From Patescibacteria group bacterium (GTDB lineage: Bacteria; Patescibacteriota; Minisyncoccia; Phycocordibacterales; UBA9973), in NCBI GenBank assembly GCA_038063915.1, contig JBBTUE010000001.1, forward strand, positions 107,905 to 171,904: a stretch of 64,000 nucleotides of DNA. Direction: 5' to 3'. Positions 8,380-16,827 of this stretch are shown one piece after another. Numbering within the stretch: the stretch's first letter is position 1; each line of letters starts with the position of its first letter. Made by a program: the position numbers and the translations under genes. Below the pieces are notes generated by a model. The model had not been told where the DNA came from. It saw only the letters and a list, made by a program, of their open reading frames with translations, and did no database searches.

Positions 8380-10320
8380 ATGTACGTTACTAAAAGATCA
8401 ACTCATAACCCTATACTCATTCCTAATCGAGATCACTATTGGGAGGCGTTCGCGACTTTTAATATGTGCCCGATAAAGAAAGGTAAAACAACTTATGGAT
8501 TATATCGGGCTATTTCGGCAGTAGACCACATGGCTATCCAACAGCAAGTATCTACTATTGGTATAGGCAAAAGTAAGGACGGCGTTCATTTCGAAGAACG
8601 TAAACCATTTATAACACCGACCGAAGAATGGGAGGCACATGGTTGCGAAGATCCTAGAGTAACGTACTTCGAAGGAAAGTATTATATATTTTATACAGCG
8701 TTATCGAGGTATCCATTTGGGCCGGAGGGGATCAAAGTTGCCGTAGCTGTGTCAAAAGATTTAAAGAATGTCGACGAACGTCACTTCGTCACACCATTTA
8801 ATGCAAAAGCCATGACGCTCTTCCAAGAACGTATCAATGGTAAGATCACTGTTATATTTTCTGCCCATACAGATAGTCCTCCAGCAAAAGTATGCATTGC
8901 GCAATTTGATAATATCGAGCAACTTTGGGATCTGGATTTCTGGGAAGAATGGGTTAAAGATATCGACAAATATGCTGTAGATTTCCGTCGTAACCCATAC
9001 GACCACTTAGAAATTGGTGCACCTCCATTACTTACGAAATACGGTTGGCTTCTAATATATTCACATATTCAAAATTACTTTCAATCCCCAGAGAGGCTCG
9101 ATCGCATTTTTGGCATAGAAGCACTCTTGCTTGATATCAGCGATCCAACAAAAATTTTAGGCAGGACAAAAGGACCGATATTAGCACCAGAAGAGTCGTA
9201 CGAGATGTCAGGCTATGTAGGGAATGTTGTCTTTCCAACTGGTGCACTTATAGAGAAAGATACACTAACTATTTACTACGGTGCTGCCGATACTACCACT
9301 TGCTCTGCACATTTGAATTTAACCGACCTGATTTCCACCATGGCAGATCTAACTTCAAATGATTGGAAGTTCAAGCGTGCACCTACTAACCCTATAATAT
9401 CTCCTAGAGAAGAGTTTAAATGGGAATCCAAGGCAACTTTTAATCCAGCGGCAATTTATCTCGGCGGTCAAACACACATTTTGTATCGAGCGCTGTCAGA
9501 CGATAATACTTCGTCTATCGGCTATGCAACAACAAAGGACGGTATTAATGTAGTTGATCGTTTAGATGCCCCAGTTTATGTGCCTCGTGAAGATTTCGAA
9601 TTAAAAAAAATTGGCGGTGGTAACTCTGGGTGTGAAGATCCACGACTGACCAAGATAGGTAAGAATATTTATATTTGTTATACATCTTATGATAGTATTG
9701 GGCCACCGCACGTAGCCATATCTTCGATATCTGAGAAAGATTTTATGGCTCACAGGTGGAATTGGGATAAACCAATTCTAATAACACCAGCCGGCTTCGA
9801 CGATAAAGATGCTTGTCTGTTCCCAAAGAAGTTTAAAGAAGGTTACTTCATCATTCATCGTGTCGGCAACGACATATGTGGTGATTATCTAAAGTCGCTT
9901 GATTTCAAGAAAGATACTGTAAGTAAGTGCATACGAATATTGAGTCCACGCTCAAATTTATGGGATAGTGCTAAAGTTGGAGTAACTGCTCCACCAATTA
10001 AAACAAAGTATGGATGGTTAATGCTCTATCATGGTGTATCGAAAAGCCATGGGACCTATCGTGTGGGGGTGGTGTTACTTGACCTAAAAGATCCTGGCAT
10101 AGTTCTTGCTCGCGCTACAGATGCTATATTTGAACCAGAAGAATTATATGAAAAAATAGGCGTTGTGAGCAACGTCGTTTTCCCTTGTGGTATGGTTATA
10201 AAAGATGACACAATATATATATACTATGGTGGTGCAGATAAGGTTGTCGGAGTAGCTACTATGAAGCTATCTATTATCATCGATGCGCTAGTTCACGGAG
10301 TAAAATTCAACTATAAATAA
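8380..10320 (+). CDS. tandem double GH130-family (DUF377) phosphorylase-like protein
   Basis: Two consecutive ~320 aa GH130-like domains (NPILIPNRDHYWEAFATFN...YRAISAVD...IGIGKSKDGVHFEER and NPIISPREEFKWESKATFNPAA...YRALSDDNTSSIGYATTKDGINV) each with GCEDPR motif. Confidence 0.6.
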   Translation: MYVTKRSTHNPILIPNRDHYWEAFATFNMCPIKKGKTTYGLYRAISAVDHMAIQQQVSTIGIGKSKDGVHFEERKPFITPTEEWEAHGCEDPRVTYFEGKYYIFYTALSRYPFGPEGIKVAVAVSKDLKNVDERHFVTPFNAKAMTLFQERINGKITVIFSAHTDSPPAKVCIAQFDNIEQLWDLDFWEEWVKDIDKYAVDFRRNPYDHLEIGAPPLLTKYGWLLIYSHIQNYFQSPERLDRIFGIEALLLDISDPTKILGRTKGPILAPEESYEMSGYVGNVVFPTGALIEKDTLTIYYGAADTTTCSAHLNLTDLISTMADLTSNDWKFKRAPTNPIISPREEFKWESKATFNPAAIYLGGQTHILYRALSDDNTSSIGYATTKDGINVVDRLDAPVYVPREDFELKKIGGGNSGCEDPRLTKIGKNIYICYTSYDSIGPPHVAISSISEKDFMAHRWNWDKPILITPAGFDDKDACLFPKKFKEGYFIIHRVGNDICGDYLKSLDFKKDTVSKCIRILSPRSNLWDSAKVGVTAPPIKTKYGWLMLYHGVSKSHGTYRVGVVLLDLKDPGIVLARATDAIFEPEELYEKIGVVSNVVFPCGMVIKDDTIYIYYGGADKVVGVATMKLSIIIDALVHGVKFNYK

Positions 10321-10322
10321 AA

Positions 10323-11249
10323 TTACGCAAGGGCCATAGGTGTTGCCATTTTTGATTTGAAAAAGAAGTAACTAATGATTAGGAATGTAACTACAGGAGA
10401 GACAAGAGCAGGTATATGAACTCCAAATCCGTCGGCGACCATAATGATACCAAGTGCAAATATTGAATACATTGCACCATTTTTCAAGTACATATATTTT
10501 TTAATTCTCTCAATATTTCCAATTGTAAGTTTACGAAGTACGAATGCACCTATACCATTACCAATAAGTATAAGGGGGATAGAAAGTGTGAATGCAAATG
10601 CTCCAAGCACTCCATCGATAGAGAATGTTGCATCTATTATTTCAAGATATAAGATCTTGGACATATCACTCATATTACTTTTACCTTCAACAAGTTCTCG
10701 TTCTACCTTCTCGGCGTTCTCTTTAAATCCATGAGTAATGAAAAATGCAGTAGATCCTATAACAGCACCAAAAGCAAGCATAGGGCTTATTTTCATCGCA
10801 TGCCATACTATTGCTGCAAGTATTACAGATACTGTAGCAAAGAACCACACCCCGTGTTTCTGAAAGAATTTTTCTCCAAAGAGCCCAAAGTTCTTTTTTT
10901 CAAGAAATAACCAATGGAAGAATAAGAATATTAAGAAAATTCCACCACCCATAAGTAGAACTGGAGCAGCAGATTCTATGGCTTTATAAACCGCAGGGTC
11001 ATTGGAGAATGTAGCTGTAAGAGCTCCAATAGGGCCTATTCCTGGAGTTGCTCCCCATATAATGGCCCAAGGTAGTAATCCGCGTACGAGAAATACAGCG
11101 ATGAAGAAGCCCCATAGTAAGAACCATCGACGAGCTTTTTTACCCATCGTTCCTAGGACTTCTGCATTTATTACTGCATTATCGATGCTAGAAACAATCT
11201 CAAAAAGGCATAGCCCCAGGACTGTAACTATCATTGTTCCAATTTCCAT
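10323..11249 (-). CDS. TerC-family (DUF475-like) integral membrane protein
   Basis: N-terminal EIVSSIDNAVINAEVL motif characteristic of TerC superfamily, multiple TM helices. Confidence 0.5.
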   Translation of the reverse strand: MEIGTMIVTVLGLCLFEIVSSIDNAVINAEVLGTMGKKARRWFLLWGFFIAVFLVRGLLPWAIIWGATPGIGPIGALTATFSNDPAVYKAIESAAPVLLMGGGIFLIFLFFHWLFLEKKNFGLFGEKFFQKHGVWFFATVSVILAAIVWHAMKISPMLAFGAVIGSTAFFITHGFKENAEKVERELVEGKSNMSDMSKILYLEIIDATFSIDGVLGAFAFTLSIPLILIGNGIGAFVLRKLTIGNIERIKKYMYLKNGAMYSIFALGIIMVADGFGVHIPALVSPVVTFLIISYFFFKSKMATPMALA

Positions 11250-11273
11250 AGGGTTAGTATACTATATGTATAT

Positions 11274-13058
11274 ATGAATACAGAAGCCCGCCAGTGTCAG
11301 AACTGCAAAAACTCCTTTAATATTGAGCCGGATGACTTTTCGTTCTACGAGAAAATGAAGGTTCCACCACCGACTTTTTGCCCAATGTGCCGTACGCAGA
11401 GGCGTTGGGCTTTTCGGAATGAACGTGGGCTCTATAAAAGAAAGTGTGATTTCAGCGGCAAAGATATATTTTCAATGTACTCACCCGATTCTCCTGTGAA
11501 AGTTTATGATAGAGATATTTGGATATCAGATGCATGGGATCCAATTGACTACGGTCGCGATATTGATTGGTCAAAACCATTTTTATCTCAGCTTTACGAA
11601 CTTATGCTCGAAGTACCATTTAAGTCAAATAATGTTATACGTGGCGTTAATAGTGATTACTCTAACAATGCGACTGATCCAAAGAACTGTTATCTTGTTT
11701 TCAACACAACTGTTCCTGAAGACTGCATGTATTCAAATGGACTTAATTATTCTAGGGAATGCGTGGATGTTTCTCATGTATCAAAATGCGAAAGCTGCTA
11801 TCAGAGCTTCTGGTTAGGGTCATGTTATCGATCACATTATTGTTCGCAGTGTGTAGATTCTAGTGATTTGTGGTTTTGTAAGGATTGTCAGGGTTGTATG
11901 AACTGTTTCGGATCAGTGAACCTTAGAAATAAAAATTACCATTTCTTCAATGAGCCACTTTCAAAAGAAGATTATGAGGAAAAAGTAAAAGAGTATAAAC
12001 TACATACTAAAAATGGTATAGAAAAAGCCCTAGAAGAGACACGTAAGTTTTGGAAAAAGTTTCCCAACAAGAATCACCAAGGCATCAAGAATCTTGACTG
12101 CACTGGATCGTACGTTAGTAATTCAAAAAACGTAAAAGATTCATTCCTTGTTCGTGAGAGTGAAAATATGCGCTACTGTCAATATATACAAGAGACCCCT
12201 GGATCAAAGGACTGTTATGACTATTCTAACTGGGGCTGCGGGGCAGAACTCGTGTATGAGTCTATTTCTTGTGGCAATGGAGTTCAGAACCTAAAATTTA
12301 CATGGCTGACTCAAGAGAGTACCCATGATGCCGAGTATACTATTGCATGCTTTGGATCAAGCTACTTATTTGGTTGCGTTGGGATTCGCAAGAAAGAATA
12401 CTGCATACTAAACAAGCAATACACAAAAGATGAGTATCTGGATCTTATTGAAAAAATAAAGAAACACATGAATGATCTGCCTTATACTGATAAGAATGGA
12501 AATATTTACAGGTACGGGGAGTTCTTGCCTGCAGAAATGAGTCCATGGGCTTACAATGAAACAATTGCTCAAGAGTATTTTCCTTTAACAAAAGAAGAAG
12601 CCATTGCAAAAGGTTATAGATGGCGTGACCCGGATGTAAAAGACTATAAACCTACTTTACTTATAGAAAACGTTCCTACTGATATTACCAATGCAGATGA
12701 TTCTATCACGAAAGAAATAATTGAATGTGCCCACAGAGGGGAATGCAATCAGGGTTGTACAAAAGCCTTTCGTATAATTGCTGACGAATTCGCTTTCTAT
12801 AAAAAGATAGGAGTACCTCTGCCGATACTTTGCCCTGCCTGTCGTACTATGGAAAGACTAAAATTAAGACTCGGAGTTGAATTATATGATGGTACATGTA
12901 TGTGCGGTGGGGTAGAATCTAAAGATGGAATTTATAAAAATCAAGTTACACACCCACATAGCGATGCACAATGCCATAATAATTTTAAAACTGGATTTAA
13001 GCCAGGCAGAGGCGATGTAGTTTACTGTGAATCTTGTTATCAACAAGAAGTGGATTAG
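11274..13058 (+). CDS. cysteine-rich zinc-ribbon-repeat protein, paralog 1 (unrecognised family)
   Basis: 594 aa, no signal peptide, many Cys. N-terminal module CQNCKNSFNIEPDDFSFYEKMKVPPPTFCPMCRTQRRWAFRNERGLYKRKC repeated near C-terminus (CTKAFRIIADEFAFYKKIGVPLPILCPACRTMERLKLR...YCESCYQQEV). Collinear with 13062, 14789 and 23946 ORFs. Confidence 0.7.
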   Translation: MNTEARQCQNCKNSFNIEPDDFSFYEKMKVPPPTFCPMCRTQRRWAFRNERGLYKRKCDFSGKDIFSMYSPDSPVKVYDRDIWISDAWDPIDYGRDIDWSKPFLSQLYELMLEVPFKSNNVIRGVNSDYSNNATDPKNCYLVFNTTVPEDCMYSNGLNYSRECVDVSHVSKCESCYQSFWLGSCYRSHYCSQCVDSSDLWFCKDCQGCMNCFGSVNLRNKNYHFFNEPLSKEDYEEKVKEYKLHTKNGIEKALEETRKFWKKFPNKNHQGIKNLDCTGSYVSNSKNVKDSFLVRESENMRYCQYIQETPGSKDCYDYSNWGCGAELVYESISCGNGVQNLKFTWLTQESTHDAEYTIACFGSSYLFGCVGIRKKEYCILNKQYTKDEYLDLIEKIKKHMNDLPYTDKNGNIYRYGEFLPAEMSPWAYNETIAQEYFPLTKEEAIAKGYRWRDPDVKDYKPTLLIENVPTDITNADDSITKEIIECAHRGECNQGCTKAFRIIADEFAFYKKIGVPLPILCPACRTMERLKLRLGVELYDGTCMCGGVESKDGIYKNQVTHPHSDAQCHNNFKTGFKPGRGDVVYCESCYQQEVD

Positions 13059-13061
13059 TTT

Positions 13062-14750
13062 ATGGAAACAAAGACTTGTGTCAAATGCAAAAATAGTTTC
13101 ATTATTGAACCAGAAGATAAGGACTTATATTCTCGGCTTGGTGTACCGATTACGAATAAATGCTTTGAGTGTCGGAAGCAACATCTCTATGCATTCCGAA
13201 ATGAAAGAAAGTTGTACAGACGCAATTGTGATCTATGTAGTAAAAGTACAGTCACTATATATTCTAAAGACAAACCCTTCAAAGTCTATTGCCCACCTTG
13301 TTTTTGGAGTGATAATTGGGATGCCAAGGATTACGCACAAGAGTTTGATTTCAGTAAACCATTCTTTGAACAATTTAGAGAATTACAACTAAAGGCTCCT
13401 CGCATGGCTCTTCTTACTAAAAATAGTGTTAATTCAGAATATACTAACCACTCAGGAGAGAATAAAAACTGCTATCTATCTTTTGCTACATTTGCCTCAG
13501 AGAATGTTCTTCATTCGTCTGATATTTGGAATAGGGGACAAGATATTATGGACTGCGCTATGATTACCGATTCGGCGACACTTTGTTATGAATGTGTTGA
13601 CTGTGAGAAGATAAACAGTTGCCAGTTCTGCTTGTTAGTCAAAGAATCAAACAATTGTTCCTATTCTTATGACCTGAAGAATTGCAACGACTGCTTCTTA
13701 TGCTACAACCTAAGGAATAAAAGTTTCTGCATTCTCAATAAACAATATACTCGAGAGCAATATCAAGAAGAGATCAAGAAATACGATCTCGCATCTAGAT
13801 CATCTAGGAAGCTCCTATGGGAGGCCTTTATTGATATGATGACTAATTTTGCAGTTCATAAGGCGTATATTATAGAAAAATCTAGTAATTGCACTGGCAA
13901 TATGCTCTATAATTCTAAGAATACAAAATATTACTTTGATGCCGAAGACGTGGAAGATTGTAGATATTCAGTTCAATGCCCTAATATGAAAGACTCTATA
14001 GATAACTATCACGTCGGCTTGCCAGTCACCCAATATGTTTATAGTAGCCACGGAGTTATTCGTTCGACAAACATTACTTGCTGTCATCTTAGTTACGACA
14101 ATACATATATTTCATATTGTGATAGTTGTCAGAATAGTAATAATTTATTTGGATGTGTTTCGATTAAGAAGGGTTCGTATTGTATTTTGAATAAGCAGTA
14201 CTCGAAAGAAGAATATGAAGAGTTAGTGCCTAAAATAAAAGAACATATGAAAAGTACTGGAGAGTGGGGCTCATTCTTTCCGATCAGTATCTCCCCAGTC
14301 TGTTACAATGAAACTCTTGCGCAGATACACATGCCACTTTCAAAAGACGAAGCACTCTCTCAAGGATTCACTTGGCAAGATGATTTAGAAGGTATATATG
14401 GAAAAGAAACTATAAAAGAAATACCCGACCTTATTAGTGATGTCGACGAGTCTATGGTAAAAGAAGTTTTAAAATGTTCAAACTGTAGTAAAAATTATAA
14501 TATAATCCAAGCAGAACTAGAACTTTACCAAAGAATGAAAATTCCAGTTCCCGATCAATGCCCCGACTGTCGCTACATCAGCAGGATATCTTTGCGATTA
14601 CCATATAAACTCTGGAGTAGGTCATGTATGTGTGATAAATCAAATCACGGACACCAAGGTAAATGTCCGAGTGAGTTTGAAACAAGTTACGCACCAGAGC
14701 GACCAGAGATTATATATTGTGAACAGTGTTATCAACAAGAGGTAATTTAG
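13062..14750 (+). CDS. cysteine-rich zinc-ribbon-repeat protein, paralog 2
   Basis: 562 aa; shares blocks CxKCKNSFxIEPED, DxWDxxDYxxxFDFSKPFFEQ, KNCYLxF, YCILNKQYSKEEYEELVPKIKEHM, YNETLAQ, C-terminal CPDCR...SCMC...EFETSYAPERPEIIYCEQCYQQEV with its neighbours; 4 nt after paralog 1. Confidence 0.7.
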   Translation: METKTCVKCKNSFIIEPEDKDLYSRLGVPITNKCFECRKQHLYAFRNERKLYRRNCDLCSKSTVTIYSKDKPFKVYCPPCFWSDNWDAKDYAQEFDFSKPFFEQFRELQLKAPRMALLTKNSVNSEYTNHSGENKNCYLSFATFASENVLHSSDIWNRGQDIMDCAMITDSATLCYECVDCEKINSCQFCLLVKESNNCSYSYDLKNCNDCFLCYNLRNKSFCILNKQYTREQYQEEIKKYDLASRSSRKLLWEAFIDMMTNFAVHKAYIIEKSSNCTGNMLYNSKNTKYYFDAEDVEDCRYSVQCPNMKDSIDNYHVGLPVTQYVYSSHGVIRSTNITCCHLSYDNTYISYCDSCQNSNNLFGCVSIKKGSYCILNKQYSKEEYEELVPKIKEHMKSTGEWGSFFPISISPVCYNETLAQIHMPLSKDEALSQGFTWQDDLEGIYGKETIKEIPDLISDVDESMVKEVLKCSNCSKNYNIIQAELELYQRMKIPVPDQCPDCRYISRISLRLPYKLWSRSCMCDKSNHGHQGKCPSEFETSYAPERPEIIYCEQCYQQEVI

Positions 14751-14788
14751 CTACTTTAGTTAAGTAAAGTGGGGTAGAAAAAGTAAAA

Positions 14789-16543
14789 ATGGAAGACAAA
14801 AACGAAAAAAGAATATGTCAAAATTGTAAACAAGATTTTACTATCGAGCCGGACGATTTTTCATTCTATGAAAAAATGAAGGTCCCAGCGCCTACTTTTT
14901 GTCCAGAATGTCGATTTGTTCGACGTCTTAACTCAAGAAATGAACGCTCACTTTTTAAGACTATATGTGGCCTATGTAATAAAAGTACAATAACTATGTA
15001 TAATCCAGTTGCTGGGTATATTGTATATTGCTCATCGTGTTACCAGAGTGATGCATGGGATCCCTTATCTTATGGTAAAGAATATGATTTCTCTAGACCT
15101 TTTTTTGAACAATATAGGGATTTATTGCAAATAGTACCCAAGAGGGCTGTTCATGGGATTAACCCTGGTAGAAATACAGAATATTCGAACTATATTTTCA
15201 ATTCTACCGATGTGTTTCTTGCGTATTCAGTAGTGAGATCGGAAGGAATTTATCATAGTCGAGGAGTAGATATATCAAAACAATGTATTGATTGTACTAA
15301 TATTAAAGAGTGTGAATCTTGTTATCAGATAGTTCAGGGAACAAGAAATTATGGTTCAAAATTCTTGGTTGATTCTAGAGACTGCATTGATTCTCAATAT
15401 TTATATGACTGCGCGAATTGTTCTAGTTGCTTTATGTCGTCTAACCTCAGAAATAAACAGTATGTCTATAAAGGCGAGCAACTAACAAAAGAAGTATATC
15501 AAGAAGCAATAAAAAAATATAACATTGGTTCTTTTAAAGTAAAGACTCAATTGATGGCTGAGTTTAAAGAACTTATTGAAAACAAAACAATACATCGCTT
15601 TGCCAGAATTTTTAAATCAGTAGATTCAACTGGTGATTATATTGAAAATTCAAAAAGTGTTAAAAAATCATTTGAAGTTTTTGAAGCTGAGAACGCTAAG
15701 TATGGTTGGAGGTTAACAGATGGACCTACTGATATGTATGACGTAGCTGGTTCAGGTAAAAGTGAGTTATTATACGAAGCAGTTGGAGCCGCCTGGGGTT
15801 CAAGAAATTCATCATTCTTTATCGTAGGAAATGCGACAATTGATTCAAGTTATTGTGATTACTGTCTCAATGTCTCAAATATTTTTGGATCTGTAAGTTT
15901 AAGAAATGTTCAGTATGTAATTTTAAATAAACAATATACAAAAGAGGAGTATGAGATACTTATACCGAAAATCATCGAACATATGAAAACTATGCCCTAT
16001 ATAGATCAAAAAGAGAGAATATATAGTTATGGTGAATTCTTCCCTCAAATATGTGTTGCACACGCATACAATGAAAGTTTAGCTCAAGAATATTTTCCAT
16101 TGTCTAAAGAGGAAGTTATTAGTAGAGGGTACTTATGGAGAGATCCTGAGATAAAGAATAATCAATCAACTATTGCGGTACAAGGAATACCTGACTCTAT
16201 AGAGGATATTCCTGACGACTTTATAAAGGAAGCCATAGAATGTATGCATAATAGTGTTGCTTGTGATCATCAGTGTACAAAAGCATTTAGGTTAAATTCT
16301 GACGAATTAGTTTACTTAAAAAAATGGAATCTACCAATACCACGATTATGTCCAAATTGTAGACACTGCGAGCGATTAGATTTTAGAACTCCTGCAAAGC
16401 TCTGGCATAGGTCCTGTATGTGCGACCTGAAGGGGCATTTTCATGGGGATGGGCATTGTGAGGTGGAATTTGAGACGAGTTATGCGCCCGAGCGGCCTGA
16501 AAAGGTCTACTGCGAGCGATGCTACCAAGCAGAAGTACTATAA
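14789..16543 (+). CDS. cysteine-rich zinc-ribbon-repeat protein, paralog 3
   Basis: 584 aa; same collinear blocks (CQNCKQDFTIEPDDFSFYEKMKVPAPTFCPECR, ILNKQYTKEEYEILIPKIIEHM, CTKAFRLNSDELVYLKKWNLPIPRLCPNCR, YCERCYQAEV). Confidence 0.7.
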   Translation: MEDKNEKRICQNCKQDFTIEPDDFSFYEKMKVPAPTFCPECRFVRRLNSRNERSLFKTICGLCNKSTITMYNPVAGYIVYCSSCYQSDAWDPLSYGKEYDFSRPFFEQYRDLLQIVPKRAVHGINPGRNTEYSNYIFNSTDVFLAYSVVRSEGIYHSRGVDISKQCIDCTNIKECESCYQIVQGTRNYGSKFLVDSRDCIDSQYLYDCANCSSCFMSSNLRNKQYVYKGEQLTKEVYQEAIKKYNIGSFKVKTQLMAEFKELIENKTIHRFARIFKSVDSTGDYIENSKSVKKSFEVFEAENAKYGWRLTDGPTDMYDVAGSGKSELLYEAVGAAWGSRNSSFFIVGNATIDSSYCDYCLNVSNIFGSVSLRNVQYVILNKQYTKEEYEILIPKIIEHMKTMPYIDQKERIYSYGEFFPQICVAHAYNESLAQEYFPLSKEEVISRGYLWRDPEIKNNQSTIAVQGIPDSIEDIPDDFIKEAIECMHNSVACDHQCTKAFRLNSDELVYLKKWNLPIPRLCPNCRHCERLDFRTPAKLWHRSCMCDLKGHFHGDGHCEVEFETSYAPERPEKVYCERCYQAEVL

Positions 16544-16580
16544 TAATTAAAAGTTACGAATTACTAATTAAGAATAAGGC

Positions 16581-16620
16581 AAAAATCACACAAAAATTTA
16601 CGAATTTTTGTGTGATTTTT
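16581..16620. terminator. perfect 18-bp inverted repeat with 4-nt loop (AAAAATCACACAAAAATT-TACG-AATTTTTGTGTGATTTTT); likely terminator of the paralog operon, or a regulatory palindrome
   Basis: Exact reverse-complement arms read directly from the sequence; followed by T-rich tract; lies between paralog-3 stop and nrdJ. Confidence 0.5.
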
Positions 16621-16749
16621 AATATCGAATTTTTTGTCAATTTTTGTCCCAAAATACCCTCTAGTAGAACGACCTTTTAGAATTTTTTGCTTTGGGTGTT
16701 GACGAAGTTGCGAGCTTAAGACATAGTTGTGGATTTGTCTGTTATGCAC

Positions 16750-16779
16750 TTGTGGCAAATCTTCTTATGAGAGTATAAT
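16750..16779 (+). promoter_or_regulatory. candidate promoter for nrdJ (TTGTGG - 18 nt - TATAAT)
   Basis: Consensus TATAAT at ~16774-16779 with a -35-like hexamer 18 nt upstream, ~50 nt before nrdJ start. Confidence 0.3.
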
Positions 16780-16827
16780 GTGTACCCGAGCAAAATGGAG
16801 CCACATTATTAACTAAAATTTACAAAC

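Noticed and set aside
16581-16620. Calling the CACA/TGTG palindrome a definite NrdR box
   Set aside because: Half-site spacing does not fit the 16-bp NrdR consensus and no nrdR is visible; kept only as a generic inverted repeat/terminator with a low-interest note.
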